From Psilocybe cubensis (Eukaryota): a stretch of 64,000 bases of DNA. Shown piece after piece: positions 39,313-51,600 of the stretch. The DNA is taken from assembly GCA_017499595.2 (NCBI GenBank), contig CM039004.1:186001-250000 (forward strand), written 5' to 3'. The translations under genes and the position numbers were made by a program. The notes below the pieces were generated by a model. It did no database searches and was not told the DNA's origin. It worked only from the letters and a program-made list of their open reading frames with translations. The stretch's first letter is position 1; the number at the start of each line of letters is the position of its first letter.

Positions 39313-42300
39313 ATGGCTGACTCGACAACCGCGGAAGTCAACATCGGCGGATATCGCATCGACACACTGAAGGCCCACAATTGGATGCCGTGGAAGCGGC
39401 GCATGCTAGCAGTACTGGTGGACCTCGGACTGGAGAAATACGTGGACGGCACGTCGCTTCGACCAGGATCAGCGAAACCGAACGCACCCACGGCGGAAGA
39501 AATCGCAGCTCAGACAGCGTGGGATAAGGGAGATGCGAAAGCGCGATGCAGGATCGAACTCGCGTTAAGCGATGCGGAGATGGTACACGTCCTGGGAGCG
39601 CGCACGGCGCGCGAGATGTGGACGCAGTTGTGCACAGTGAAGGAATCCAAGGGACGACTCGGTGTTTTGGCGACACGACGAGCACTTTTCCGGGCAACCG
39701 CAGAGGAGGGATGCGACATGGCAGAGCATATCGCAAAGCTACGTCAATTCCAGGAGGAGCTGCACATCATGGGCAGCATTGTATCGGACGAAGATTTCGT
39801 CATGATTTTGCTCACCTCGTTGCCGGAATCTTGGGAGAATTATGCGTCATCCTTTTTGGGCTCGAGCGGGAATCGTCCTACGCTCACTTCGCAAGAGCTC
39901 GTTGGTGTTCTCCTTGAAGAAGCTCGTCGTCGGAAGGAGCGTGGAGGTGATGGTGCCGGAGGGACTACGCTTCAAGTTCGTGGAGGTCAAGGGTCGTCGG
40001 ATGGAAAGGGTAATGGTTCGAGGGATGGCAGCGGCGGGAAGGAGTGCTATAATTGCCACAAGATGGGGCACATTTCGAAGGATTGCTGGGCGAAGGGCGG
40101 AGGTCGTGAAGGAAAGGGTCCGAGGGGGCGGAAGACGAAGAATAGAGGGCGGACGAATCAGGCTCGGGAGGACGTCAACACTACGCTCAACGATGAGGTT
40201 GCGTACCACACGTACTCGACGTCAAACTTCTCTCGTTACGACTGGCTTTACGATTCTGCAACCACCAGTCACGTTTGTCCCGTCCGTGAAGCCTTCATCG
40301 AGTATACGCCACTCGTTAATTCCTCCGTTCGTGGTGTCGGAAAGAGTCCAGCTATCATTGCAGGCCGCGGAACAGTCATCCTCAACTTCGATGTCGACGG
40401 GCAGACGATTACTCATCGTTTGAAAGACGTTTTACACATCCCTGAAGCCGAAAATGCTTTGATGTCGCTCGGAAGGTTTGAGAGGGATGGGAGGAGCTCG
40501 TCGTTTAAGAATGGGAAGGTTCTTTTGATGGATGCGAAGGATAAGGTTATTGGAAAAGGGTCGAAACGCGGTCAGATGTATATTCTTCACGCTCGCGCTC
40601 AGCTTAATTCAGGGGAACAGGTCAACTACGTCTCGCCAAAACTCACCTGGGATCAATGGCATCGTCGTTTTGGCCATATCTCAGTGTCGTCGTTGCAGAA
40701 ACTCGTCCGGAACGATCTTGTCGTCGGTCTTTCCGTGGACGAAACGTCTATTCCATCCCCATCGTGCGAGGCGTGCATCCAAGCGAAGCAGACGCATAAA
40801 CCTTTCCCTGGAGAAGCAGAAAATCGATCCACGGTTCCTGGAGAGCGAACCATGAGCGACGTATGGGGTCCTATCGGAACACGCTCGGTAAATGGATTTT
40901 ATTACTACATTACGTTTATGGACGACGCGAAGCGATACAACGGCGTGGTTTTCTTGAAGGACAAGAAGGAGGCGGCGAAGGCGATTGAGAATCATGGGGA
41001 GCGAGTGAAGAGGAGGTTTGGGCAGTATCCGAGGTACATTCGCATGGACAATGGCAAGGAACTCGTGAACGAGCGGATTAAGAAGTGGGCGGCGGAGAGA
41101 GGCATTGAAATCGAGACGACGGCGCCATATTCCCCATCTCAGAACGGCGTCGCAGAGCGCTACAATCGTACGCTGTTGGAGCTAGCACGTGCGATGATTA
41201 TTGCGAAGAATTTACCTCTCTTTCTCTGGGACGAGGCGGTCAATTACGCGAATTATTTACGCAACCGCGCGCCTACTCGAGCACTCGACGACAAGACACC
41301 ATATGAAGGCTGGCACAACAAGAAACCGGATGTTTCTCACCTTCGGGAGTTCGGATGCGATGTATGGGTGTTAGACGAGACGAAGGGGCTTTCGAAGCTC
41401 AAGCCACGGTCGAAGAAGATGGTATTCGTTGGTTTTAACGAAGGCTCGAAGTCTGTGCGTTATTACGATCCCAAATCGCGCACAGTGAAGTCATCGCGAA
41501 ACGTATCGTTTAACGAAAACGAAACGCCGCAGAACGTCGAAATTCCTGGATTATCGTCTGAGGGGGAGCGTAACGAATCGACAGACGTTAAATCCAGCGA
41601 AAACGAGCCAGAAACCGTCAAGAACGAACCTATTTCGTCTACAGCATCGATTCCACAGCCCAGCATACGTCGATCAGCTCGTGAACACAATTTTGTTGAT
41701 TACAAGAAGGCAAACAACCCGAATGCTCGTTTACCGACTACACGATCCCAAACGACTCTAAACGCACCACAAATCGCTACAAAATCGACCGAGACCTCGA
41801 GCGCAAAGTCTACAGCAACGGAGCAAGCAAACATTGTCAAAGAACAGCTGTGGGGCGCGATTTTAGACGATTCGGAACGTGTCTTTGCCATGCGCGAATT
41901 GGACGTACCTCGGACACTTGAAGAAGCTTTGGAAAGCTGTGAGGCAGCTGCGTGGAAGGCAGCTATGGACGAAGAAATTGAGACGCTTTTACGGATGGGT
42001 ACTTGGGAGATGATGAAGATTCCGGATGGAAGGAAACTGGTTGGATGCCGTTGGGTCTACGCGAAGAAACGGGACGAAAACGGGAACGTCATCAAGTACA
42101 AGGCCCGACTAGTCGTTCAGGGATGCTCTCAGAGACCTGGTACAGACTACAGCGAGGACGGAACATTCGCACCAGTCATGCGATTCGACACGCTACGCTC
42201 GCTACTCGCATATTCGGCCGTACACAATCTCAAGATGCGTCAATTCGATATAAAGGGTGCATATTTGCATGGTTACATCTCGGAGGAGATATATATGGTC

Positions 42301-43482
42301 CAACCACCCGGTTATGACGATGGCACTGGTCAGGCATGCCGTCTCATTCGTTCGCTTTACGGTCTCAAGCAGGCAGGAAACGTATGGAACCATGAACTCG
42401 ATAACGCTCTCACTTCATTCGGTTTTACGAAACTCAAGAGCGATTACTGCTGCTACATCCGTCGAGCTGAAAACGGCGATTTTACGATTTTGGTTACCTG
42501 GGTGGACGACATAATCAGTTTCTCAACAAACGACTCGCTCAACGACCAGCTGGAGCGAGAATTAGGCTCGAAATTCGACGTTAAATCGATGGGTCAGCCC
42601 TCGATGATGCTAGGATTCAAGCTCGAGCAAAAGGACCATTACATTTCGCTCTCGCAAGCACACTACATCGACAAACTCCTCGAGAAGTTTGGTTTACAAG
42701 ACGCGAACCCCGTTTCGACGCCTATGGACCCGAACGTGCGATTGGATAAGGATGAAGGTGTTCGGGAGGATGGAGACGGTCAGGGGGAGGTTAATTCGCG
42801 TTTAGGATTCAGTTATGCAACGGTCATCGGCTCGCTCATGTATCTGGCACTCGGAACTCGTCCAGACATCGCGTTTGCGGTATACAAACTCGCGCAATTC
42901 ACCAGCAAGCCGAAATCGACTCATTGGACCGCTGTCAAACGTATATTTCGTTATCTGAAGGGCACGCGCAATCACAAACTTACTTACGGCGGCGATTCGC
43001 AAGTTTTGGACGTAAATCTCAATGTTTATTGCGACGCCGATTGGGCTGAAAACTACGATCGGAAATCAACTAGCGGATACGTGGTTACGATAGCAGGCGG
43101 CGCTGTGGCATGGAGCTCGAAGAAACAGAATACGGTCGCACTTTCAACCGCTGAAGCCGAATACGTTTCCACAACGCATGCGGCGAAGCAAGTCTTATGG
43201 CACCGCTCACTCTTCACGGAGCTCGGTTTCCACATTCCATCAACGTCAACCATCTTTACCGACAATACGGCAGCCATTTCGATTGCGCATCATCCAGAAT
43301 TCCATGCCCGTACGAAGCACATTGACATTGCATTTCATTTCCTACGCGACTTGGTGGAGAAGAAGACGCTCGACACGGTTTACATCAACACTTCAAACAA
43401 TTTGGCAGACGTTTTCACAAAGGCTTTACCTCGCGTTGCACACGATGGTTTCACGTTGCAGTTGGGAGTTTTGGCCGACTAA
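39313..43482 (+). CDS. Copia gag-pol polyprotein, 1389 aa, uninterrupted
   Basis: Zinc knuckle CYNCHKMGHISKDC; protease WLYDSATTSH; HHCC WHRRFGH...CEAC; integrase SDVWGP / RMDNGKE / QNGVAER; RT YKARLVVQG, YGLKQAG, WVDD; RNase H YCDADWA, EAEY, ADVFTK. Confidence 0.99.
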   Translation: MADSTTAEVNIGGYRIDTLKAHNWMPWKRRMLAVLVDLGLEKYVDGTSLRPGSAKPNAPTAEEIAAQTAWDKGDAKARCRIELALSDAEMVHVLGARTAREMWTQLCTVKESKGRLGVLATRRALFRATAEEGCDMAEHIAKLRQFQEELHIMGSIVSDEDFVMILLTSLPESWENYASSFLGSSGNRPTLTSQELVGVLLEEARRRKERGGDGAGGTTLQVRGGQGSSDGKGNGSRDGSGGKECYNCHKMGHISKDCWAKGGGREGKGPRGRKTKNRGRTNQAREDVNTTLNDEVAYHTYSTSNFSRYDWLYDSATTSHVCPVREAFIEYTPLVNSSVRGVGKSPAIIAGRGTVILNFDVDGQTITHRLKDVLHIPEAENALMSLGRFERDGRSSSFKNGKVLLMDAKDKVIGKGSKRGQMYILHARAQLNSGEQVNYVSPKLTWDQWHRRFGHISVSSLQKLVRNDLVVGLSVDETSIPSPSCEACIQAKQTHKPFPGEAENRSTVPGERTMSDVWGPIGTRSVNGFYYYITFMDDAKRYNGVVFLKDKKEAAKAIENHGERVKRRFGQYPRYIRMDNGKELVNERIKKWAAERGIEIETTAPYSPSQNGVAERYNRTLLELARAMIIAKNLPLFLWDEAVNYANYLRNRAPTRALDDKTPYEGWHNKKPDVSHLREFGCDVWVLDETKGLSKLKPRSKKMVFVGFNEGSKSVRYYDPKSRTVKSSRNVSFNENETPQNVEIPGLSSEGERNESTDVKSSENEPETVKNEPISSTASIPQPSIRRSAREHNFVDYKKANNPNARLPTTRSQTTLNAPQIATKSTETSSAKSTATEQANIVKEQLWGAILDDSERVFAMRELDVPRTLEEALESCEAAAWKAAMDEEIETLLRMGTWEMMKIPDGRKLVGCRWVYAKKRDENGNVIKYKARLVVQGCSQRPGTDYSEDGTFAPVMRFDTLRSLLAYSAVHNLKMRQFDIKGAYLHGYISEEIYMVQPPGYDDGTGQACRLIRSLYGLKQAGNVWNHELDNALTSFGFTKLKSDYCCYIRRAENGDFTILVTWVDDIISFSTNDSLNDQLERELGSKFDVKSMGQPSMMLGFKLEQKDHYISLSQAHYIDKLLEKFGLQDANPVSTPMDPNVRLDKDEGVREDGDGQGEVNSRLGFSYATVIGSLMYLALGTRPDIAFAVYKLAQFTSKPKSTHWTAVKRIFRYLKGTRNHKLTYGGDSQVLDVNLNVYCDADWAENYDRKSTSGYVVTIAGGAVAWSSKKQNTVALSTAEAEYVSTTHAAKQVLWHRSLFTELGFHIPSTSTIFTDNTAAISIAHHPEFHARTKHIDIAFHFLRDLVEKKTLDTVYINTSNNLADVFTKALPRVAHDGFTLQLGVLAD

Positions 43483-43489
43483 GGGGGAG
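43481..43489 (+). other. Polypurine tract
   Basis: AAGGGGGAG directly before the 3' LTR, overlapping the pol stop codon. Confidence 0.9.
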
Positions 43490-43670
43490 TGTTGGAATGA
43501 TAGTCGGCGAGCGACTTGGTCGCTAAGTCGTTATCTTCCTCTTGTAGTTTATCTTATCATATTTTTTCTAGATTATTCTACTATAGGTTCCGTAGTTACT
43601 GTAGGTACAACCGTGTAGCTACGTCGTGAATCTACATCTTTTACCACCACTGCGCATTATACTTACAACA
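43490..43670 (+). repeat. 3' LTR (181 bp)
   Basis: Identical to 39037-39217 by eye. Confidence 0.98.
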
Positions 43671-45657
43671 GACATACCGAGTAGTAGCAGAGTGAATAAT
43701 TCAAATCTTGCAGCAGAGTGGCACTGTACTCGATAAAGCTGGAAGAAAGTTGACATTGCAAGAAATTCCATGTTTGAATCCAAACCGAAACGAAATGTCC
43801 ATCAAACACACCGAAACAAAATGTCCAAATCAAACACACCAAAAACACATCTATTCACAGTTCCAAAAGGTTTAACGACAGAAGCAAGCCGTACATACCC
43901 TCGGCTAGCACTCGCTTCGCATTGAACTAGCAAAAACTCATTCGTAGATCCTCAAACTCGGACCCTGCAAAGCACGGTACAACCCGAAATTGCATAGCGT
44001 ACCGGTGTACGTACAGCGGCGTGTTTCTGGGACTATAAAAGGGTGCGTGAATCGACTCACTTTTTCCCATTCCACTCCCACTCCCCTCTCAGGGGTCCTC
44101 TCCTCTCTCCTCCCCTGTTCTGCACGGTGTCGGTTGTTCAGGTAAGCTATTCAGCTGCGCTTTGACACCGCGACTGACGGTGTTTTACCGCCTGTTTGTG
44201 TGCCAGGTCATCGACTCGACTGACGAGCAGAGCACAGCAGACGTGTCCTGCACACGGTGAGTGAACTGCTTGGGTCTGTTGAGACGATGCTGAATGGTGG
44301 TGTCGTGGTCTAGACGCGTTGTAGCGACATATTCAGTGAGTACGAGTGAAAATGTGTGACTCGCCTCATCCTGACGCGTCCCCCTTGCCCCCATTGCCAC
44401 AGGTCATTGTGCTGCTCATGGGTTGACGTGTCGCGCTGGAACGTGAGTACGAACCCTACACACACGTACATAACCACTCCCATAGTGCTGCAAGACCCTT
44501 CTCGTGTCGTTTCACGCTCTCTGCCGCGTTGTTGAGAACTCGATTGAGGCCGGGCTAGAATGAGAGGTAGATGTGAGTACGAGCCTTACACACATGTACA
44601 TGACCACTCACCGGACACTTCCATTGTGCTTGTCGTTCCGCCCTCTCTGCGCCGTGGCGCCATGGTCTGTGAGTACAAGTAAAAACAAGATAGTCACGCC
44701 ACGCTGAAGCTCTTTTCCTCACCCGATGACTGCTCGCCGTATACAAGAGGACCCGCCCATTGCACAGCAAGACCCTTACACCACCACCCGTCATTTCGCC
44801 CTGTCTGCCGATTTGTGCATCGTGAGATGCGCCATAGCGCCATGTCCTGTGAGTACATATGAAAATGGCCTGGTCGCGTCATGCTGAAGCACCCTTCTTC
44901 ACCCCCGCTATCACAGGTTGCCACCCATAGCACTGGACCTCGAGGCAACAGTGAGTACTAAATCCCAAACACATATAGATGTCCGCTCACCGTGTGTAAA
45001 AGGACCATTTTGTTGTGATGCAAAGAGACCTTCCCCGCCCATCGCTTTGCCCGTTGGATGCGCCGCGGCGCTGTGTTCAGTGAGTAAAGTGAATATAAAA
45101 CCCCTTCACTGAATCACCTCGTCTCGACCTAGTGTCCAGTGTTGTGTTGAGGCTAGGCATATTGGTGAGTAAGAGGACGACGGCCTGGCCAACCCCTCGT
45201 TTATGACCTTGTAAGCTGAATAGATGGTGTCCAGTGTTGTGCAGGAGGGTGTAATGGATGTGTCGGGGTTAGGCATGGTGGTGAGTAAGACTACATAACC
45301 ACTCACCGTGTGTAAGAGGATGACGTCCCTCATTTTTGACCTCGTACACTGCCAAAGTGCTGTCCCACCCCGCTCGCCTCTAACAGCCCCGCACAACCAC
45401 TCGTTTTCGACCTCGTATGCTTGGTGTCTAGTGTTGGGCAGGAGGATATAAGTGATGTGTTGATGTTAGGCATAGTGGTGAGTAAGACTACATAACTGCT
45501 CACCGTGTGCAAGAGGATGACGTCCCTCATTTTTGACCTTGTACACTGCCAGAGTGCTGTCCCACCCCGCTCGCCTCTGATAAGACCCCACGGACCAGAC
45601 GGAAAGTTGTAGGCATGGTACGTGATGATTATGCGTCGGGAAACAGTGGTTAGACTC

Positions 45658-48600
45658 GACTCGACCAGCATGGAACTTGAATTGGAAGCACCCTCGACAT
45701 GACACGCCAATGTCGAGTCAGTCATCCTGGCCAACGGTCCGACTTGCAAGATAAAAGACAACATGAATTCCATAATTGGAAAGCAAGTTGCTTGTTTAAA
45801 ATGGAAGAACAGTCAAACGTCGCCTCGATCATAGGGGTGCATAATACTTATCAAGTGGCTGATATATAGTAGTAATAGTGGAGATACAGGGGAGGTAATC
45901 ATTAATATCATTATTAATCAACAGTGAGACCTACTCACCGAGCACCGACGAGTAACAACCGCGAATCTTCTGCGTCCTTCGTTACCATATCCGCATCCGC
46001 ATCCGCATCCAAAATCTGCGCGGCCGAGATATGTGCATGTGTATGCACTCGACACTCGGTTGGTGTTGGTGAGTCATTACTTTTACTTTCCTTCTTTACA
46101 TGTTCACTTTGACCTCCAGACCCGTGCTGCTGGCCACTTACACTTCAATTACACTTCCAATTACATAGCGTAGAACAGGGTTAGGTATATTTATAACTGT
46201 TAGTGTTAGTGTTATGTCAAAGTCTCCTAAGTCTTCGGAGCGCGCTCAATTTGGATATCGAGGCTCAGAGCCGCTGAATTGTGCAAATGCCAAACGCTCG
46301 TCGGGGAGTTCAGTCCCGGTGGTACTATGTTCACACTGATCAACGGTAGGTGGTATCAAAACATCACGCTGACCATGATTACTACTTGATTAAGTGAAAA
46401 AACAACCCGCTAACCAATTGCATCAGCATTTTTTGGCTGCATAAAACTATACATCCCAGTCACACGCCGCGCGCGCTCAACGACATCTACCGACAAAAAT
46501 GTAACCCGGAGAGACTTTCACCGGACCTTCAAATTAAAACCATTCTGCATTCCCGACAATGACAATAGCTTAGCTTGTTTTCTCATGACACAGGGCAGCG
46601 AAGCTAACCCACCTAACCCAGATCCACCCGCGCTATTGACGTGCCGTGCCACATCTGGATGCCCTATCACATACACACGTAGCGCGGAAGCACAGTGAAG
46701 CACGAATCCCAAAGCGTCAAGTATGCATCGGTGACGCGAGGACTCTGACCTCTGACAAGGGGTAAGTAGATAGCTTATCAGACGTCGCATCCCCATCCTT
46801 CCCAGCCCACGAAAGAAAGCACCTTCTTGTTCGTTCCTGGACCGGGTGGAGCATCCTATCTCCTTTGTTTGTTGTTCGCAGGGATGGGTAATAGCCAGCA
46901 CCATCTGATTAACAAGAAATATTCCTGGAAGAAAATCGTCGTTGTTAGTTTGAGCACACGCATGTTCCATGCCCATGTTCAACAATCAGGGTGAAAGGGT
47001 GAAAGGTTCCATGATGGTCAGATTTCGAATTTCCAACCTTACCCTACGTTTCAATTTCGAGTCTATGAGTACCCTCACTGAACTGACATGACATAATAGA
47101 GCTCTCCGAAGACAGAAGACAGAGGTTCCAGTTCAGCGGGCACACAGGCACATCCGAATCCGAATCCGAGGCGTTTGCGTTTGCCACCGCCACGACAGAA
47201 CAGAACAGAACAGCGTCATTCGTACACTCCTTACTCTTCCATCTTCATGTCATTCCGACCTTCAGCTTCGGGTGTGACTATATACAACCATATACAACTC
47301 ACACGCGCATCGCTCAAAACACCCACCTGTAATTTATATCTCCACAAACACACACCAGTTTCCAAACAAAGACACCCAGAAAATTACGGAGTACAATATT
47401 ATACAAACACCAAACACGAAACACGAAACAGATTAAAAACCTTACCGCCACCGGACTGATCTTCTACTTGTACGTTTCTACTGTCCTCCCTCCTAGACTC
47501 GAATACGTATGTATGTATGGGAAGTGATATCTGGAAGAGCATATGTATATGATCATGAGTAAGAGCCTCACGCTAACAGGCTTAGTACTTCGTAGTGCAG
47601 TTGAAAGTGAAAAAGCGGCGTTGTGTGTTAAAATCGGGGGAATGCGTGATGATAATTTCCAAATGTAGAGCGAGTTACCATATTTTGACGACCCTGAGTG
47701 AAAGAGATAGAAGTTTTTTCTTAAATTTTGCTAGGTGAACTTGCATAGGTTCTCCCCGCCCGAAGGCCTGCCATATATTTTTCTATCTACAACAAACAAG
47801 GTGCCTAAAGAATCCTGTCATGTCGGCACCCTTCAAAGTTGATAGGAAGTCGGGAAGTTGTCATCGCGGAAACTCCTAATCTAGATGGGCAGTAACATAG
47901 CTTTCATTGTCACGGTACAAATGTTGCAACACGATACAGAATTGAACAGTGAAACTTACCTGCAAGTTTGCCTTGACGACACGCACCGCGATCGCCTCCA
48001 AGCACATGTTGTAGGTTGTATTGTGCACATACGTCTTTGGGATACCTGTGAACTTCCTGTCAGTCTCGCTGCAGCTCGATGTAAAAAGAACAAGCGCTCA
48101 ACAACACATGCTGCTGGCAGAATAGTTGGACACGGACACAAAACATTGCTTGCGGGAACTTCAGAAACCAAAGTTCAAATTCTGCAAACGGAGAATGGTG
48201 AGAACACGCTACAGAATTGGACCATACAACCTACGTGGACTCAATACCCGGCCGCGGGAACCTCAGAGCACAGAACATTGCTCGCGGGAACTCCAAAAAT
48301 CGAATTTTGAAATCTGGCGACAGAGAACCTCTGAGCACAAAATGTTGCTCGCGGGAAGTCCAAAAAACCGGCTGCTGACAGAATAGTGAGGACACAATAC
48401 AGAGTTGGGAAATAGCACCTACGTGGACTCGACAGCCGCGGGAACTTCAGAGCACAAAACATTGCTCGCGGGAACTCCAAAAAACCGAACATCGAATTCT
48501 GGTAACCGAATAGTGAGTACACAAGATGTAATTGGACAATGCCCGGCCAGAACATTGGTCCCAAAATACTGTTCAAGAGAATAGTGAGGAAACGACACGG

Positions 48601-51600
48601 AATTGGACAACGGCACCTACGTGGACTTGACACCCAGCCCGGGGGAACACAATGGCCGTGAAAAAACATCGCTCGCGGGAGCTCCAAAAATCAATTTTTA
48701 AAATCTGCTGAGAGAATAGTGAGTACACGATATGGAGTTGAGCAATGACACGTACGTGGACTCGACACCCAGGCCGCGGGAACTCCAAATATTGAATTTG
48801 AGCACACTGTGCGTGTCGGCGGACGTCCAAATATCAAATATGGGTGGGGTGCTCGCCGGAGCTCCAAAAATGCTGTTCAAGAGAGTAGTGAGGACACAAC
48901 ACAGACTTGGACACCAACACCTACCTGGACTCAACACCCAGGTCATGGGAACACAATGCCAGTGAAAAACATTGCTCGCGGGAGACCCAAAAATCAATTC
49001 TTAAATTCTGTTGAGAGAATAGTGAGTACACGATGCAGAGTTGGACAATGACACGTACGTGGACTCGACACCCAGGCCGCGGGAACTCCAAATATCGAAT
49101 TTGAGTACACCGTGATGGCCTAGCAGTGTCGGCGGACGTCCAAATATCAAATTTGGGTGGGACAGCATCATGTAGCGGACTGGCATAAACTCGGGATACA
49201 ATCCCTGGCAAAGGAAAAAAATCAAAGTCGACCTATATACCGCATATTCAAGCTCCGCTATCCCTGCCACAAACAAACCCAAATTCTTCTAGCTCTGATC
49301 AATTTCGCTCCTATCAAGGTATACGTACATATCCCGCTCCAGCTCAATTTTCAGACCGTAGAATACTTCATCTTCAATTCAACCCTGAAGATACTTTGAA
49401 TTCAGTCTACAAAACAAAATGACACTCAACTTTACATCACAGACACGAGTTCGAATGAAGACAACGCTTCAAGATCAAAAATAACGCACAAGTCCTCAAT
49501 AACGAAACCACGCCGCTAGCGAATATCGGCTACTAGTAAGCAATATCTGGATCTAAAACCCAGCCCGTCGGTGCCCACAAACCAATCGTGCGGTTTTCAG
49601 GGTCGAAAATCTGCCTTTGAATGACGCAAGTCTATCAAATTCAGGCCCCAAATTGAGTTTCCGGCTATTTTAGGTATGGTTGAAAGCTCAATTCTAAGGA
49701 TTAACTGTGGATGCGTGTGATTCTGATGCAATTCTCTGTTTGTTCAAGGTAAGATTCCAACTAAAAGTCTATGTCGCATTTTCGGACTCAAAATCCGTGA
49801 TTGATCGCTCCCCAGCGATTATACGTCACTAGGTACTATCTTATTTGTCTGTGTCGCCGGACGCCCACAAACAAGTTCACAACCCGAGCCAAATTCGGAT
49901 TGCCATGCTAATTTAAATAGTGCCTACGTCCAGACGGGTAGAAAAACATGTTTAAACTCTGAAAACGGGTATATATAACGTACCTTGCCTGCTTTCCATA
50001 GCCGGGACCTGTCCAAAAATATATTTAAAACTGACATTAACACTCGTCGATAGAACTCGAATGGCGGTTGTTGAAGCTCCTGGAAAACGGTAACATTGCA
50101 TTCACTGCTAGAGAACAAGACAGGCTTATCTATACCAGTTTAGTTCATTAGGAGAGGTTGGAAACTACGCTACACAGACAGATCTTTGCATAGTAACCGT
50201 TTAAACACATTTCAAGCTCACCAAATCATATAACGGATGAAAACAGCGAGCCAACAGTATACAATGAGCATACTTCACAAAGGTCACCGTGTCTGTACAA
50301 ATTTGTGCACTCCAGACGCTCGTAAACTATCTAAATTAACATTCAAATCGAAATAACCCACTACACGGACCCACAACCACCACTAAAGACACCCGGAAAC
50401 GGCTGGAATGAGGTACATACAGAGATACCCCACCGATAGCATCACTAACCCACAAGCCAGACCTGCTCGCATGTCACATAGACCACATCCAACGCCACGA
50501 ACCAACCTCCTCCTCCTCCCCATTTACACATCCACAAGCATCTCAACCCGCGTTCTTTTCGCCCCCTTCGCGTTTCAGACCCATTACGACACCCCTTACA
50601 TACACGATCGAACTATCTGTCAGAAGAAAATGAGAGGAAGACGCGGTGAACTCGACGAACGTTGCTGTGTGCTGGCAGCACATACACGCTATTTGCGCAG
50701 AGAACGCGGTTTTGTACGTGTTTATAGAGTCAGAGGGGCTATATGGTAACTTGAGTGGTATCCGGATATCGTTGGGAGGTTGGTGAGGCCGTGGATTCGC
50801 GGTCGAGGGTTGTTTGTGCAAATGATCCCTGCATGTTGAAATCGCCCGTTTCACTCGAAATATCGTATATCTGTGCGTTTATGGTGAATGTGGGTGATTG
50901 TACACACAATATATTTCGCCACTTGATGTTCGAGATTGAAAATGTCAAGTCAGTTCTCAAATTCATCGAAACAATATCCATACTCGCCTCTTCTCCTCCA
51001 CCCCGAATCCACCGCTCTTCTCTCAAATTTCGAACCGGATTCATATCACCCCCTAATCTATGAATACCCACTAGTCTATCTCACGTACATACTCGCATAA
51101 TCCGAAGCTCAAACACGAAAATTTTCATCCATCTCCCGAGCACCGAATTCAGTTCTCCAGCACTAGAGCACAAAAACCACGTACGAGTTCAATAAAGACG
51201 CAAATTAAGAATACACCGAATGCACACTAACACGTTTCGGATGTTCAGATAGTGCTCCAGGTTTGAATTTTTGCAACACAACTCACCAAGTGTGCATGAT
51301 CCTCGGATGTCTCTCCCCGTCCCATTCTTCCGAAAGAATGGCATTTTCAAACGACTTTGTTGTCAAGGGTTCTATTCGGGTGATACGTAATAGTGAACGG
51401 TGTTTTGAAAATGTTGGATCGAGCGGTGTCTTGACAAAAGCTAGATGTCGATGTTATGTATATTTCACTGAAATGCATTGTACGTACGGATTCAACGCGA
51501 TGGCAATGACATACCGAGTAGTAGCAGAGTGAATAATTCAAATCTTGCAGCAGAGTGGCACTGTACTCGATAAAGCTGGAAGAAAGTTGACATTGCAAGA

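Larger units (their letters stand above)
39037..43670 (+). mobile_element. Full-length Ty1/copia LTR retrotransposon (4,634 bp) with 5-bp TSD GACAT
   Basis: TG...CA LTRs at 39037-39217 and 43490-43670; GACAT at 39032-39036 and 43671-43675; the empty site (single GACAT, e.g. 7684-7688) is visible in the other five B copies; domain order gag-PR-IN-RT-RH. Confidence 0.99.
33182..45657. repeat. Unit 5 (A5 33182-35102 + B5 35103-45657), interrupted by a copia element
   Basis: Unit sequence stops at ...GCAATGACAT (39036) and resumes GACATACCGAG at 43671. Confidence 0.96.

Noticed and set aside
39309-43618. Alternative-frame and antisense ORFs within the copia element
   Set aside because: Shadows of the GC-rich gag-pol ORF.
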